From the NCBI GenBank assembly GCA_902585605.1, contig CACIED010000003.1, positions 14,881 to 78,880 of the forward strand: a stretch of DNA of 64,000 bases, in the 5' to 3' direction. Of the stretch, positions 19,662 through 29,819 are shown in pieces (positions within the stretch are counted from its first letter, which is position 1; every line of letters starts with the position of its first letter). Under the pieces are notes generated by a model. The model did not search any database, was not told the DNA's origin, and saw nothing but the letters and a program-made list of their open reading frames with translations. This DNA is from an uncultured Alphaproteobacteria bacterium. GTDB taxonomy: Bacteria; Pseudomonadota; Alphaproteobacteria; HIMB59; GCA-002718135. A program made the position numbers and the translations under genes.

Positions 19662-20204
19662 ATGGATTATAGCAAATTTCCTAAACCGCAAAATGATGGA
19701 AAAGCTGATCATCTTTTACATAAGTTTTTGCCAGATATTTCTCTTAAAAATCAACAGGGAAATCTATTAAAAATAAAAAGATCTGACACTTTTCGTTTAA
19801 TTTTATATTTTTATCCTATGACAGGTAATCCAAATGAAAGTTTGCCTAAAAATTGGAATCAAACACCAGGAGCTATTGGCTGTACTGTGGAGACCTGTAG
19901 TTTTAGAGATAACTATGAAGAATTAATTAAACTAAATGCGCTGCCTATAGGAATATCGACTCAAACAATAGATTACATTAAGGAAATGACAGATAGATTA
20001 CTAATCCCGTATGATGTTTTAAGCGATTCAGAAAATATTTTGCTCAATTCATTAAAAATGCCGCATTTTGAAATTGAAAACAAAATTTATTTTAAAAGAT
20101 TAACTCTTATTGTGGAAAAAAATATTGTTAAAAAAGTATTCTACCCTATTTTTCCTCCTAACAAACATATAAATGAAATTCTACAATGGCTAAAAGTAAA
20201 CTAA
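19662..20204 (+). CDS. Peroxiredoxin (BCP/PrxQ-like)
   Basis: YFYPMTG...PGAIGCTVETCSFRD, KRLTL, FYPIFPP. Confidence 0.85.
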   Translation: MDYSKFPKPQNDGKADHLLHKFLPDISLKNQQGNLLKIKRSDTFRLILYFYPMTGNPNESLPKNWNQTPGAIGCTVETCSFRDNYEELIKLNALPIGISTQTIDYIKEMTDRLLIPYDVLSDSENILLNSLKMPHFEIENKIYFKRLTLIVEKNIVKKVFYPIFPPNKHINEILQWLKVN

Positions 20205-20521
20205 CTATTTTTTTATTTTCTGTATTTTTGTTTTTTTCTAACCTATCAATAGCTAATCCAAATATAGATCAATGGTTAGAGTCAGAAAAATCTTATAAAG
20301 ATCTTATTAATGAGGGATTTGAAGTAAAGAGTTACGCTATAAGTGACATAGAGGTTGGAAATGATTTAACAATAATCTTATTTGTTACAGTTCTCCAAAA
20401 AGATAACGAATTATATGAGTGTCAGGAATATCAAACTATAGATAAAAATGTTGAGACTTTAGATATGAGCTTAATATGTAAAGAATTAGTTCAACCATAT
20501 GAAAGAGGTATAGGAACTTAG
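20186..20521 (+). CDS. Hypothetical exported protein
   Basis: Signal-peptide-like N-terminus, two Cys, fills the gap between flanking genes. Confidence 0.6.
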   Translation: MAKSKLTIFLFSVFLFFSNLSIANPNIDQWLESEKSYKDLINEGFEVKSYAISDIEVGNDLTIILFVTVLQKDNELYECQEYQTIDKNVETLDMSLICKELVQPYERGIGT

Positions 20522-21099
20522 GTTCGTTCAATGTTTAAAAAAAACCATTGTAATGCTATTAGTGTAAGCCCATTTAAAATTTCTTTTTTATTCATTTTTG
20601 TTTTTACTTCGTCAAAACTATAACTTTTAACTAATATATCTTCATTTTCATTCTCTAGACCTCTTATATTTTCTTTATCTGGAGCAATTACTTCACCTAA
20701 AAAAAGATTATAAAAAGATTCGGATGATCCTGGGGCAGGAAAGTAACCTTGTATAGATGTAAGATTGCTTACTTCACATCCAGTTTCTTCCAAGCATTCT
20801 CTCTTTGCGGTATCTTCTGGAGTTTCACCAGGGTCAATTATTCCAGCAACTATTTCATCTAAATAATTTTCACTATCCTTAGAAATTGTTCCTGGTCTGA
20901 ACTGTTGAATTAAAACAATTTTTTTATTTACAGGGTCATATGGTAAGACCGCAGATACTTGTGCACCACCAAATAATTCTCTTTTTATTTCATTACTCCA
21001 ATTTCCATCATATTTTTTGTATTTAAGAGTAACTTCATTCATTTTAAAGAAACCGTCGTGAATATTCTTTTTATCTAAAATTTTAAATTTTGGACTCAT
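20518..21099 (-). CDS. nudF: ADP-ribose pyrophosphatase (Nudix)
   Basis: Nudix box GIIDPGETPEDTAKRECLEETG, LPYDP, QQFRP, ENEDI. Confidence 0.85.
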   Translation of the reverse strand: MSPKFKILDKKNIHDGFFKMNEVTLKYKKYDGNWSNEIKRELFGGAQVSAVLPYDPVNKKIVLIQQFRPGTISKDSENYLDEIVAGIIDPGETPEDTAKRECLEETGCEVSNLTSIQGYFPAPGSSESFYNLFLGEVIAPDKENIRGLENENEDILVKSYSFDEVKTKMNKKEILNGLTLIALQWFFLNIERT

Positions 21100-21139
21100 A
21101 AAAATTGATATATTTTATATTACATATATATTTATAACT

Positions 21140-21601
21140 ATGGAAAAAGCATTATTTGGTGCAGGTTGTTTCTGGGGTGTGGAAGAAACATTTTCTAAAA
21201 CTCCAGGTGTAATAAATACCTTAGTTGGTTATTCTGGAGGCGATACTATTAACCCTTCGTATGAAAGTGTTTGCCAAGGAAATACGAATCATACTGAGGT
21301 TGTTTTAGTTGAATTTGATAATTCTAAAATATCTTATGAAGATCTTTTGAGGGTTTTCTGGAAGTGTCATGATCCTACCACTTTAAATAGACAAGGTCCC
21401 GATATTGGAACACAATATAGGTCAGCGATATATTATTATAACGAAGATCAAAAAAATAAATCTATTCATTCTAAAAATGAACACGCCAAAAGTTCAGGAT
21501 TAAATATCGTTACTGAAATAACAGAAGCTAAGGAATTCTATAAAGCTGAAGAATATCATCAAAAATATATCCAAAAAACAGGTTTACACTGCAATATATA
21601 G
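21140..21601 (+). CDS. msrA: Peptide methionine sulfoxide reductase A
   Basis: GCFWG, GYSGG, RQGPDIGTQYRS, AEEYHQKY. Confidence 0.95.
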   Translation: MEKALFGAGCFWGVEETFSKTPGVINTLVGYSGGDTINPSYESVCQGNTNHTEVVLVEFDNSKISYEDLLRVFWKCHDPTTLNRQGPDIGTQYRSAIYYYNEDQKNKSIHSKNEHAKSSGLNIVTEITEAKEFYKAEEYHQKYIQKTGLHCNI

Positions 21602-21624
21602 ATTAATCCTTTGAGGAATCACCC

Positions 21625-21807
21625 ATGTCTGTAGATTTTTATTACGCATTTTTAACAGGCTGGGTAATACTTTTATTATTTTGGAGTACTATTGTTTTCT
21701 TTATATATTTAAGAAAACCTCCTAAATCTAAATTAACCAAAAGTTTTATAATCAAATCCTATCTGTTTTTTTTGGCACTATTGTTTATAATCTTATTTTT
21801 TCGTTAA
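21625..21807 (+). CDS. Small hypothetical membrane protein (2 TM)
   Basis: GAGGA RBS upstream; two hydrophobic segments. Confidence 0.55.
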   Translation: MSVDFYYAFLTGWVILLLFWSTIVFFIYLRKPPKSKLTKSFIIKSYLFFLALLFIILFFR

Positions 21808-21834
21808 ACCGATTCGTTTTTCTTAGAAATTTTG

Positions 21835-21882
21835 TATCAACATATAGTAGGTCAAAAAGATTAAGATACTAACATATTGATA
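21835..21882. promoter_or_regulatory. Tandem NrdR-box-like motifs
   Basis: Cores CAACATATAG (21838) and TAACATATTG (21870), 32 bp apart; NrdR consensus core is CwAtATaTwG. Confidence 0.45.
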
Positions 21883-21961
21883 ATTAACATTTTTTTTATA
21901 TTTAATGTTGAATACTGGTTTTTTCATAAATATAAACTACCTCGAAATTAATAAAATTATT

Positions 21962-22186
21962 ATGTCTATATTAAAAAACTATTTTAAACAAAACAGTGTG
22001 ATGCACAGTTTCTCAAGTTGCCAATGGCCAATTGGAGATCCACAAGAGAAAGATTTTCATTTTTGTGAAGCTGATACCGTTGCTGGGAAGCCCTATTGTC
22101 AGAGTCACTGTGATGTTGCGTATATTGACGAAAAAGAGCTTAAAAAAGAAAAAGAAGCTCAAAAAAATCGTCGCATTGCTGCTTAA
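21962..22186 (+). CDS. GcrA-family protein, C-terminal domain only
   Basis: CQWPIGDP..DFHFC...GKPYC..HC..AY motif; no N-terminal HTH; ATG 21962 preferred to 21905. Confidence 0.8.
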   Translation: MSILKNYFKQNSVMHSFSSCQWPIGDPQEKDFHFCEADTVAGKPYCQSHCDVAYIDEKELKKEKEAQKNRRIAA

Positions 22187-22236
22187 GTCAATCTCTACAA
22201 ATTATTTTCTCATCAAATGTTAATAATTTAGAGTTA

Positions 22237-22264
22237 TTGACATAAGTGATGTTTTTCTTAAAAT
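22237..22264 (+). promoter_or_regulatory. Sigma70-type promoter for cfa
   Basis: TTGACA-N16-TAAAAT, 10 bp before the ATG. Confidence 0.55.
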
Positions 22265-22274
22265 AATAAAAACC

Positions 22275-23459
22275 ATGTTATTCAGTGTACTGAAAAAACT
22301 AAATTTTGATGGAACATTAGAAATAATAGATTCTAATGACAAGATTTATAAATTTGGAAATTCAAATCCTCATGTTCGTATAAGATTAAAAAACAAATCT
22401 ATTGAAAGAAAACTATTCTTAAACCCTAATCTTCATATAGGTGAAGCTTATATGAATGAGGATTTAGTAATAGAAAAAGGAACCATAGAAGAGTTTCTTA
22501 ATTTAATAACTAATTGTTATGATGATTTTATTTCAAATAATAAATTTTATAAATTTTATGAGTATTTATCTTCTATTTTTATGCCTCTTCAACAAATTAA
22601 TCAGCTTGTAAATTCAAAAAAAAATGTTGCGCACCACTACGATATAAATGAGGATTTATATAAGTTATTTCTCGATCAGGATATGCAATATTCTTGCGCA
22701 TATTTTCACAATCCCAATATTAGTTTGGACCAAGCACAGAAAGATAAAAAACAACATATTATTAAAAAACTACAAATTACAGAAAATATGGATGTTCTTG
22801 ATATTGGATGTGGTTGGGGTGGAATGGCAATTGAAATAGCAAAATCTACCGGAGCTAAAGTAAAGGGAATTACACTTTCAGAAAATCAATTTAAGACTGC
22901 TTCTCAAAGAGCACAAAAAGAGGGTTTGAGTGACAAAGTTTCTTTTGCATTACAAGATTATAGAAATGAGATTGAAAAATATGACCGTATAGTATCAGTT
23001 GGAATGTTTGAGCATGTTGGTGTCAAATATTTTAAAACTTATTTAAGTAAAGCTCATGATATTTTGAAAGAGAACGGAGTTTTCCTTTTACACACAATTG
23101 GTCAAAGAGGTAAACCAACTGCTACAAGTCCATGGATAAGAAAATATATTTTTCCTGGTGGTTATATTCCATCTCTATCTGAAGTAATGAAAGAAACACA
23201 AAAACTTAATATAAATGTCACTGATGTTGAAGTACTTAGACTACATTATGCTCACACACTTTCTAAATGGTATCAAAATGTTTTGGAAAATAAGGATAAA
23301 ATTATAAAGATGTTTGATCAACGTTTCTTTAGAATGTGGGAGTTTTATCTTTTGGCAAGTAAGTATTCCTTTGTTAATATGGGTAATGTTGTTTTTCAAA
23401 TACAAATAGCAAAGAATATTGACAATTTGCCTCTCACGAGAAATTATATCTACAATTAA
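22275..23459 (+). CDS. cfa: Cyclopropane-fatty-acyl-phospholipid synthase family methyltransferase
   Basis: AHHYD, YSCAYF, LDIGCGWG, SVGMFEHVG, YIFPGG, RMWEFYL. Confidence 0.9.
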   Translation: MLFSVLKKLNFDGTLEIIDSNDKIYKFGNSNPHVRIRLKNKSIERKLFLNPNLHIGEAYMNEDLVIEKGTIEEFLNLITNCYDDFISNNKFYKFYEYLSSIFMPLQQINQLVNSKKNVAHHYDINEDLYKLFLDQDMQYSCAYFHNPNISLDQAQKDKKQHIIKKLQITENMDVLDIGCGWGGMAIEIAKSTGAKVKGITLSENQFKTASQRAQKEGLSDKVSFALQDYRNEIEKYDRIVSVGMFEHVGVKYFKTYLSKAHDILKENGVFLLHTIGQRGKPTATSPWIRKYIFPGGYIPSLSEVMKETQKLNINVTDVEVLRLHYAHTLSKWYQNVLENKDKIIKMFDQRFFRMWEFYLLASKYSFVNMGNVVFQIQIAKNIDNLPLTRNYIYN

Positions 23460-23509
23460 CCTCTTTATATTTATTGAATTTCTAATACAGGTGATATAAT
23501 CCTCTAATT

Positions 23510-24535
23510 ATGGCACAATCACTTAACAATTATATTATTAGAGCATCAATATTTTTAGTCGCTACTTTTGTTATTGTTGTTTTATTATACCCAGTTTTAC
23601 AAAATGCTTTTTTATCAAATATCTTTATTAATATTATAATTTTATTAGCTTTATTAACTGGAATTGTATTTAATTTTTTTCATCTTATTAATTTAAATTA
23701 TAAGTATATAGCTTATTCCAACTTCAATATTACTAACTCTATAGAAGCATTTTCAACATTAAGTGGTCAGGACAAAAATATTTCTCTTGAATTAAAAAAT
23801 ATTGATGGAAAATTTCTTTTTAAAAGTTCATCAATAAATAGATTGATAGAAAATTCAGACATGACTTTAATTAGTATAAGAGAAACTTCTCGTTACTTAG
23901 TTGGACTGTTAGTCTTTTTAGGACTTCTTGGAACCTTTTGGGGTCTTCTTAAAACTATTGGATCTGTTGGTAATGTTATTAGTGGTTTAGGAATAGACGA
24001 TACAAATGTTGCAGGTTTTTTTAATTCTCTTAAAGATGGTTTAAATGCTCCACTAGAAGGAATGAGTATTGCCTTTAGTAGTTCATTGTTAGGTTTGGCT
24101 GGCTCTTTAATATTAGGATTGCTTGACCTAAATCTTGGTCAAGCACAAAATAAATTTAGTCAATACTTTGAGAAAATACTAAATTCTAACTCATCGCCAG
24201 ATTTTTCCAAAGTTGAAGATAAACCAACTGGTGAAGCAATTCAAAAAATTTATGATAATTTAGAAAATCTTTTAAATGCTTTTAAAAAATCATCTGAAAA
24301 TCAAACTAAAATTTCGAAAAATTTAGATAAATTTAATGAAACACTTAATAAAATAAATTCGAACTCATCCAATGTCGATAAACAATTATCAAATTTTTTA
24401 TCTTCCCAGTTAAACACACAGTCTTCTCTTATGAACTTAACAGAAGCGTTAAGTAAAAATGGAATATTAGAAGCAAAAAAAATTAAAGAGTATTTTCAGA
24501 ATATTGAAAAAGAATTAAAGAAAATTAAAAAATAA
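23510..24535 (+). CDS. MotA/TolQ/ExbB proton-channel family protein
   Basis: FLGLLGTFWGL, GMSIAFSSSLLGL; coiled-coil tail; extended -10 (TGATATAAT) at 23492-23500. Confidence 0.85.
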   Translation: MAQSLNNYIIRASIFLVATFVIVVLLYPVLQNAFLSNIFINIIILLALLTGIVFNFFHLINLNYKYIAYSNFNITNSIEAFSTLSGQDKNISLELKNIDGKFLFKSSSINRLIENSDMTLISIRETSRYLVGLLVFLGLLGTFWGLLKTIGSVGNVISGLGIDDTNVAGFFNSLKDGLNAPLEGMSIAFSSSLLGLAGSLILGLLDLNLGQAQNKFSQYFEKILNSNSSPDFSKVEDKPTGEAIQKIYDNLENLLNAFKKSSENQTKISKNLDKFNETLNKINSNSSNVDKQLSNFLSSQLNTQSSLMNLTEALSKNGILEAKKIKEYFQNIEKELKKIKK

Positions 24536-24537
24536 TA

Positions 24538-26304
24538 ATGTCTACTAGGTCTTTAAGAAATAGACTTGCTGATACAACAAATATTTGGCCAGGTTTTGTA
24601 GATGTTTTAGCTACATTATTAATTGTAATTATCTTTGTGTTAATGGTTTTTACAGTTTCACAAATATACTTAAGTGATGCTATATCAGGAAGAGATAAAG
24701 CACTCCAAGATTTAAGATCACAAATTAATGAACTTTCAAAAATATTAGTTATTGAAACTAAAGACAAAGAAGAAGCCCTTTCAGCTCTCTCAGAAACGGA
24801 GAAACAACTTGAAGATACGCAATCAAATTTACAAAGTGAACAGTTATTAAGTGAACAATTACAAACAGATGTAGCAAAAAAACGATCAGAAATATTTGTT
24901 CAAGAGCAGAATATCATTGCCTTATCAGAGCAAATTAGCAGTCTTCTAAAAGAGTTAAGGATAGTTGCAAATGCTTTAGAAACGTATGAAGGACAAGAAA
25001 TTGCTTTACTCGAAACCGAAGGCTTAGGTCAAAGGATTAATAGAGCACTAGCAACAAGGATTGATCAGCTTAAAATACTTAATCAAGAATTAGATAAAGC
25101 TAATTTTAAACTAATAGAAAGTGAAAAATCTCTTAAAGCAACAATTTCAGAATTAAATGAAAAGAATAATAATTTAATGGCAATCAACGAAAGTTTGGGT
25201 TTGGAGGATGGAGGAATTGAAGAGCAATTGTTAGCAATAAAAAACAAAAATGAGGAACTACTAAATTTAAATAACGAGTTAGAGAAAACAAATATTGAAT
25301 TATCTTTAAGAGATGAAGAATTACAAAATCAAATATCTCAATATCAACAATTAATGAATGATTTATTAGAAATTAATGATTCTCTTGGCTTAAAAGATGC
25401 ATCACTTAATGAACAACTTGATGCAATTAGATTTAAAAATGAAGAACTAGCAAGATTAAATAAAGACTTATTACAGAAAGATAATACTATTTTTAATCTT
25501 CGTGGAAAAATCTCTGAATTAAATAATGTACTTTCTTTGTCTGAAGAAAAACAAAAACAGCAACTTGAAAAACTTGAACTCCTCCAAAATGAAATTGTTT
25601 CATTAGAAGAAGAGAATCAAGCACAAAAAGAAACGTCACTTGAGGAAATTGCAAAAATGGAAATACAGGCTTCAAAAACATTAGAACAGGTAGAAATTCT
25701 TTCGGATCAAATTGATACTTTGCAAAAAGAAATAGCTTTACTTAATAGTGCTCTAGAAGCGAGTGAAAGTCAGGCTTTTATTAAGGATTTAGAAATTGAA
25801 GTACTAGGTGAAAAATTAAACAAAGCCCTTACATCTAAAGTATTTGAGCTCCAAAAATATAGATCTGAGTTTTTTGGAAAATTACAATCTATTTTAGGTG
25901 AGAGAAAAGATATTAAAATTGTAGGAGATAGATTTATTTTTGAATCAGAGCTATTATTTGATTCTGCTTCAGCAGATTTACAACTATCTGGTAAAGAAAA
26001 GTTAAGTGAAATTGGCCTTACTTTAAAAGAGACTACTAATGATATCCCATCAGATATTGACTGGATTATAATGGTAGAAGGACATACTGACAAACGACCT
26101 ATACAGACAATAAGATATCCATCTAACTGGGAACTATCTTCAGCTAGAGCTAATACAGTTCTAAAACTTCTTCTTGATCTTGGTTTTCCACCAAATAGAT
26201 TAGCATCGGCAGGATATGGAGAGTTTTACCCTATAAGTGAAGGAGAAACTGAGAGTGATCTGCAGCAAAATAGAAGGATTGAATTAAAACTCACTTCTCG
26301 CTAA
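24538..26304 (+). CDS. MotB/OmpA-domain peptidoglycan-binding protein with long coiled coil
   Basis: WPGFVD TM motif with the conserved Asp, long heptad region, VEGHTD, NWELSSARA, NRRIE. Confidence 0.85.
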   Translation: MSTRSLRNRLADTTNIWPGFVDVLATLLIVIIFVLMVFTVSQIYLSDAISGRDKALQDLRSQINELSKILVIETKDKEEALSALSETEKQLEDTQSNLQSEQLLSEQLQTDVAKKRSEIFVQEQNIIALSEQISSLLKELRIVANALETYEGQEIALLETEGLGQRINRALATRIDQLKILNQELDKANFKLIESEKSLKATISELNEKNNNLMAINESLGLEDGGIEEQLLAIKNKNEELLNLNNELEKTNIELSLRDEELQNQISQYQQLMNDLLEINDSLGLKDASLNEQLDAIRFKNEELARLNKDLLQKDNTIFNLRGKISELNNVLSLSEEKQKQQLEKLELLQNEIVSLEEENQAQKETSLEEIAKMEIQASKTLEQVEILSDQIDTLQKEIALLNSALEASESQAFIKDLEIEVLGEKLNKALTSKVFELQKYRSEFFGKLQSILGERKDIKIVGDRFIFESELLFDSASADLQLSGKEKLSEIGLTLKETTNDIPSDIDWIIMVEGHTDKRPIQTIRYPSNWELSSARANTVLKLLLDLGFPPNRLASAGYGEFYPISEGETESDLQQNRRIELKLTSR

Positions 26305-26345
26305 TTTGCCTTAAATTTAACATAAACTGATCATAAAAAATTGAT

Positions 26346-26849
26346 ATGAGATTATTAATTTTTTTTATTTTTAGTTTCTTCAGCTCATTATCTGTATTTG
26401 CTGCTTGTAGTGACCAGCCAGCAAATGAGGTCGATTGGACAAATTGTAATTTTGTAGAAAATCTAGATCTTTCTGGTACTGGTTTGGCAAACTCTCAAAT
26501 GTCAGGAGTTAATTTATCTTTATCTAATTTTGAAAAATCACAGCTTAACAACTCAAATCTATCTATTGGTAATTTTATCTTCTCAAATTTTAGTAACTCC
26601 AATTTATATGCTTCAAATTTACAAGGAGCAAATTGCAATAATGCTAATTTTGACAATGCAAATCTTGCGAAAGTAAACTTTGAAGGATCTAACCTTTTTG
26701 GAGCAACTTTTAAAGGTGCAAATCTCTATGAGGCAAACCTACTCGGTGCTAATATTTCAGGTGCAATGTTTGATGAAGCAAATTTGTCAAATACAGTTTG
26801 GGTAGATGGTAAAAAATGTGCTCTTGGATCTATAGGCAGTTGCCAATAA
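26346..26849 (+). CDS. Secreted pentapeptide-repeat protein
   Basis: Signal peptide; A(N/D)LXX repeats; Cys-containing caps (VDWTNC, WVDGKKC). Confidence 0.9.
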   Translation: MRLLIFFIFSFFSSLSVFAACSDQPANEVDWTNCNFVENLDLSGTGLANSQMSGVNLSLSNFEKSQLNNSNLSIGNFIFSNFSNSNLYASNLQGANCNNANFDNANLAKVNFEGSNLFGATFKGANLYEANLLGANISGAMFDEANLSNTVWVDGKKCALGSIGSCQ

Positions 26850-26977
26850 TTTTTCTGTTTCTTTTTTTAGCAAGTTGTAAAATGTCAACTGTGTCAGGAA
26901 TTCAAAAAAATGATGATAATAAAGTTAACTTTAAAATCTCAGGTAGCAAAGAAACAGGAATCCAAATAAATAACTAA
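26816..26977 (+). CDS. Putative small lipoprotein (53 aa; below the ORF-track cutoff)
   Basis: Hand translation MCSWIYRQLPIIFLFLFLASCKMSTVSGIQKNDDNKVNFKISGSKETGIQINN*; hydrophobic core then LASC lipobox. Confidence 0.5.
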   Translation: MCSWIYRQLPIIFLFLFLASCKMSTVSGIQKNDDNKVNFKISGSKETGIQINN

Positions 26978-27023
26978 AATATTAATTTACTTTTATTGTA
27001 TTTAATGATTTGACCTTTTAATA

Positions 27024-27926
27024 ATGAGTCAAAATACTTATTTGTATGCTTTTTGTGTAGTTTTTCTTGCTGGAATTTTTTGGAGTTTTGGAGCGTTGAC
27101 TGTAAGATATATGGTTGATGGTCATCAATATGTTTTTCAATATTTATTTTATAGAGGCTTAACTATTTCAATTATACTTCTTATATATTTATTTTTTCGG
27201 GAAGGATTTGCTTTTTATAAAAATTTTCTCAAAATAGGAATACCATCTATACTTGGAGGGTTATTCCTAGCAACAGCTTTTACTGGATTCATTTTTTCTA
27301 TTACTATGACGACCGCTGCTGTTACATTATTTATGTTAGCAGCCATGCCTTTCATTGCAGCCATTGTTGGTTATTTTGTCCTTGGCGAAATACTAAAAAG
27401 ATCAACATTAATTGCAATGGTTGTAGCATTTATAGGTGTGTGCGTAATGATTATAAATGACAGTATTTCTGGAACTGCTTTAGGTGCAATAATAGGATTT
27501 ATTTCTGCAACTGGTTTTGCGTTATACACGGTAACAATAAGATGGAAACCTGAAACACCAAAATTCACAACAGTTGTTTTAGCAGGAATATTTTGTACTA
27601 TATTTGCGTTCTTTATTTTAGGTTTCTCTTTTGAACCTTTTATTTTGATGCCTGAAATAAATAGTTATTTGAGTATACTTCATGGAATAATTGTTGCAGC
27701 AGGCTTAATACTTTACAGTCTTGGAGCAAAATATTTACCCTCAGCTGAGCTAGCACTTTTATCTTTAATGGAAGTTGTTGGAGGAGTTCTGTGGGTTTGG
27801 CTTCCTATTTTTGGAATAAATGAAGTACCAAGTACAACTGTAATAATTGGAGGTTTCATAATAACTTTAGCTGTAATTTATTATGGTTTTGCTGCTAGGC
27901 AGATTGATATAAATATTAAAACTTAA
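27024..27926 (+). CDS. DMT/EamA family transporter
   Basis: About 10 TM segments in two EamA repeats. Confidence 0.85.
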   Translation: MSQNTYLYAFCVVFLAGIFWSFGALTVRYMVDGHQYVFQYLFYRGLTISIILLIYLFFREGFAFYKNFLKIGIPSILGGLFLATAFTGFIFSITMTTAAVTLFMLAAMPFIAAIVGYFVLGEILKRSTLIAMVVAFIGVCVMIINDSISGTALGAIIGFISATGFALYTVTIRWKPETPKFTTVVLAGIFCTIFAFFILGFSFEPFILMPEINSYLSILHGIIVAAGLILYSLGAKYLPSAELALLSLMEVVGGVLWVWLPIFGINEVPSTTVIIGGFIITLAVIYYGFAARQIDINIKT

Positions 27927-29158
27927 ATATTTGCCGTAACTTTATTAATATTTTTTCTTGGTAAATTATTTTTAGACCAAACTCTATCAAGAGCCTTAAT
28001 CATTTTTTCGATATGCTCTTTTCTATGTTTTGGGGTAACAGTTATTCTTAGTCTTTCTAAACCTTTTGGTACGGTTGGGTAAAAAATTGGTTGTGCATAA
28101 ATACCATAATCATCAATTAAATCTTTAGACACTTTTTTGCATAAAAAAGGATCATTAATTAATACTGCTACAATATGAGAATTTGTATCCAAATAAGGGA
28201 TTGCTAAGGAGTCTAAATTTTCTCTTATTAAAGATGCATTTTCTTTTATTCTTATTCTTAATTGTTCTGCCAGAGAAACAATATCTATTGCTTTAGCTGC
28301 TCCTGCGGCAATTGATGGGCAGATTGAAGTTGTAAAAATAAAACCTGGAGCGAAACTTCTAATATAATCAATTATTTCTGAACTAGCTGCAATATAACCA
28401 CCCATTTGACCATATGCTTTTGCTAAAGTTCCATTAATAATATCTATTTTATCTTCAACTCCCATTTCTACTGCAATACCTTTACCTTCTTCACCGTAAA
28501 GTCCAACTGAATGAACTTCATCTAGATATGTCATACAGTTATATTTTTTTGCTAACTCTACAATTTTAACTATAGGCGATCTTATACCTTCCATAGAGTA
28601 TAAACTTTCAAAAACGATTAACTTAGGATTATCTATATTTGACTCTTTTAGTAACTGTTCTAAATGATCAATGTCATTGTGTTTAAATATATGACACTTA
28701 GCTCCACTATTCTTAATACCTTGTATTAAAGAGGCGTGATTTAATTCATCAGAAAATATCTCAATATCTTTAATTTTTTTTCCTAAAGTCCATAAAGTAG
28801 ATTGGTTTGCTGTATAAGCAGAAGCAAAAACTAATGCCGACTCTTTATTATGAACATTTGCCAGTTTTTTTTCAAGTTCAGTATGATAGGTTGATGTACC
28901 AGAAATATTTCTTGTTCCACCCGAACCAGATCCATATTCAAGTAGTGTTTTTACAATTTCATTTACGACTTCTGGGTGCTGACTCATATTAAGATAGTCA
29001 TTAGAGCACCAAACCTCAACTTCTCTTTCTTTGTTTTTAAAACTTTCATCTGCATTTGGAAAACTTTTTATAGGTCTATCTATGTTTCTAAAGTCCCTAT
29101 ATAGACCTTGTTCTTTAAGATTTTTTAATTCAGATTTAAAGAATTTTTTATATTGCAT
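27923..29158 (-). CDS. hemA: 5-aminolevulinate synthase
   Basis: [46 protein letters not shown]. Confidence 0.95.
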   Translation of the reverse strand: MQYKKFFKSELKNLKEQGLYRDFRNIDRPIKSFPNADESFKNKEREVEVWCSNDYLNMSQHPEVVNEIVKTLLEYGSGSGGTRNISGTSTYHTELEKKLANVHNKESALVFASAYTANQSTLWTLGKKIKDIEIFSDELNHASLIQGIKNSGAKCHIFKHNDIDHLEQLLKESNIDNPKLIVFESLYSMEGIRSPIVKIVELAKKYNCMTYLDEVHSVGLYGEEGKGIAVEMGVEDKIDIINGTLAKAYGQMGGYIAASSEIIDYIRSFAPGFIFTTSICPSIAAGAAKAIDIVSLAEQLRIRIKENASLIRENLDSLAIPYLDTNSHIVAVLINDPFLCKKVSKDLIDDYGIYAQPIFYPTVPKGLERLRITVTPKHRKEHIEKMIKALDRVWSKNNLPRKNINKVTANI

Positions 29159-29213
29159 ATTTATTAGATATCTTAGACAATGTTTAATTGTAAGTGTTTA
29201 ATTGAATGAATTG

Positions 29214-29792
29214 TCACACCTTATTTCTACTAAAAGACATTCGCTTCCAAACACCATATTTATCTTTAATTATGAATCGATGATACAACGCTGCTGCAAT
29301 ATGAAGTAAAAAAAGAGCTGTTAATATAAGTGCTGAGTAATAGTGTATAGCTAGAGCTTGAGGGTATAGAAAAAAATTCTCTTCGATTAAAGGTGGTATT
29401 TTAATTAATCCCAAGAGATAAACATCCTCTCCTCCAAGCCATGTCATAAAGGTACCTTGAATAGGAATAAGAATAACTAAACCATAAAGAACAAAATGGA
29501 CTAAATTCGAAACCAATTTATGAAATAAAGGTATATTTTCATATTTAGGATGAGTGTTAAATATGTATTTCCAGATTAATCTAAGCACAACTAAACTAAA
29601 AACTATGGTGCCAAAAAATTTATGAGTAATAATAAAACCCATTTTAAGTGGAGAAAATTCCATATTATGAAGGCTAATCCCTGTTGCAACTTGCCAAAAA
29701 AGCAGAAGTGCCAATGACCAATGAAAAAGTTTTGCAACTAAGCCCCAAGAAGATTTTGTACCTTTAAATTCAATCATTACTAATTTTATCAT
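29214..29792 (-). CDS. Cytochrome b561 family protein
   Basis: Four TM helices with heme His (FHW, HKFFG, IHY, LHIAAALYH); alternative start at 29777. Confidence 0.85.
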   Translation of the reverse strand: MIKLVMIEFKGTKSSWGLVAKLFHWSLALLLFWQVATGISLHNMEFSPLKMGFIITHKFFGTIVFSLVVLRLIWKYIFNTHPKYENIPLFHKLVSNLVHFVLYGLVILIPIQGTFMTWLGGEDVYLLGLIKIPPLIEENFFLYPQALAIHYYSALILTALFLLHIAAALYHRFIIKDKYGVWKRMSFSRNKV

Positions 29793-29819
29793 ATAGTGCT
29801 ATTTAAAATAATATAATCC

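Noticed and set aside
23510-26304. Zorya (ZorAB) anti-phage system
   Set aside because: No zorC/D/E-like genes adjacent; the long coiled coil is on the B subunit, not a ZorA tail; motifs fit the common alphaproteobacterial MotA/MotB-like pair
26346-26849. Qnr/MfpA-type gyrase-protecting protein
   Set aside because: Signal peptide and Cys caps indicate an exported pentapeptide protein
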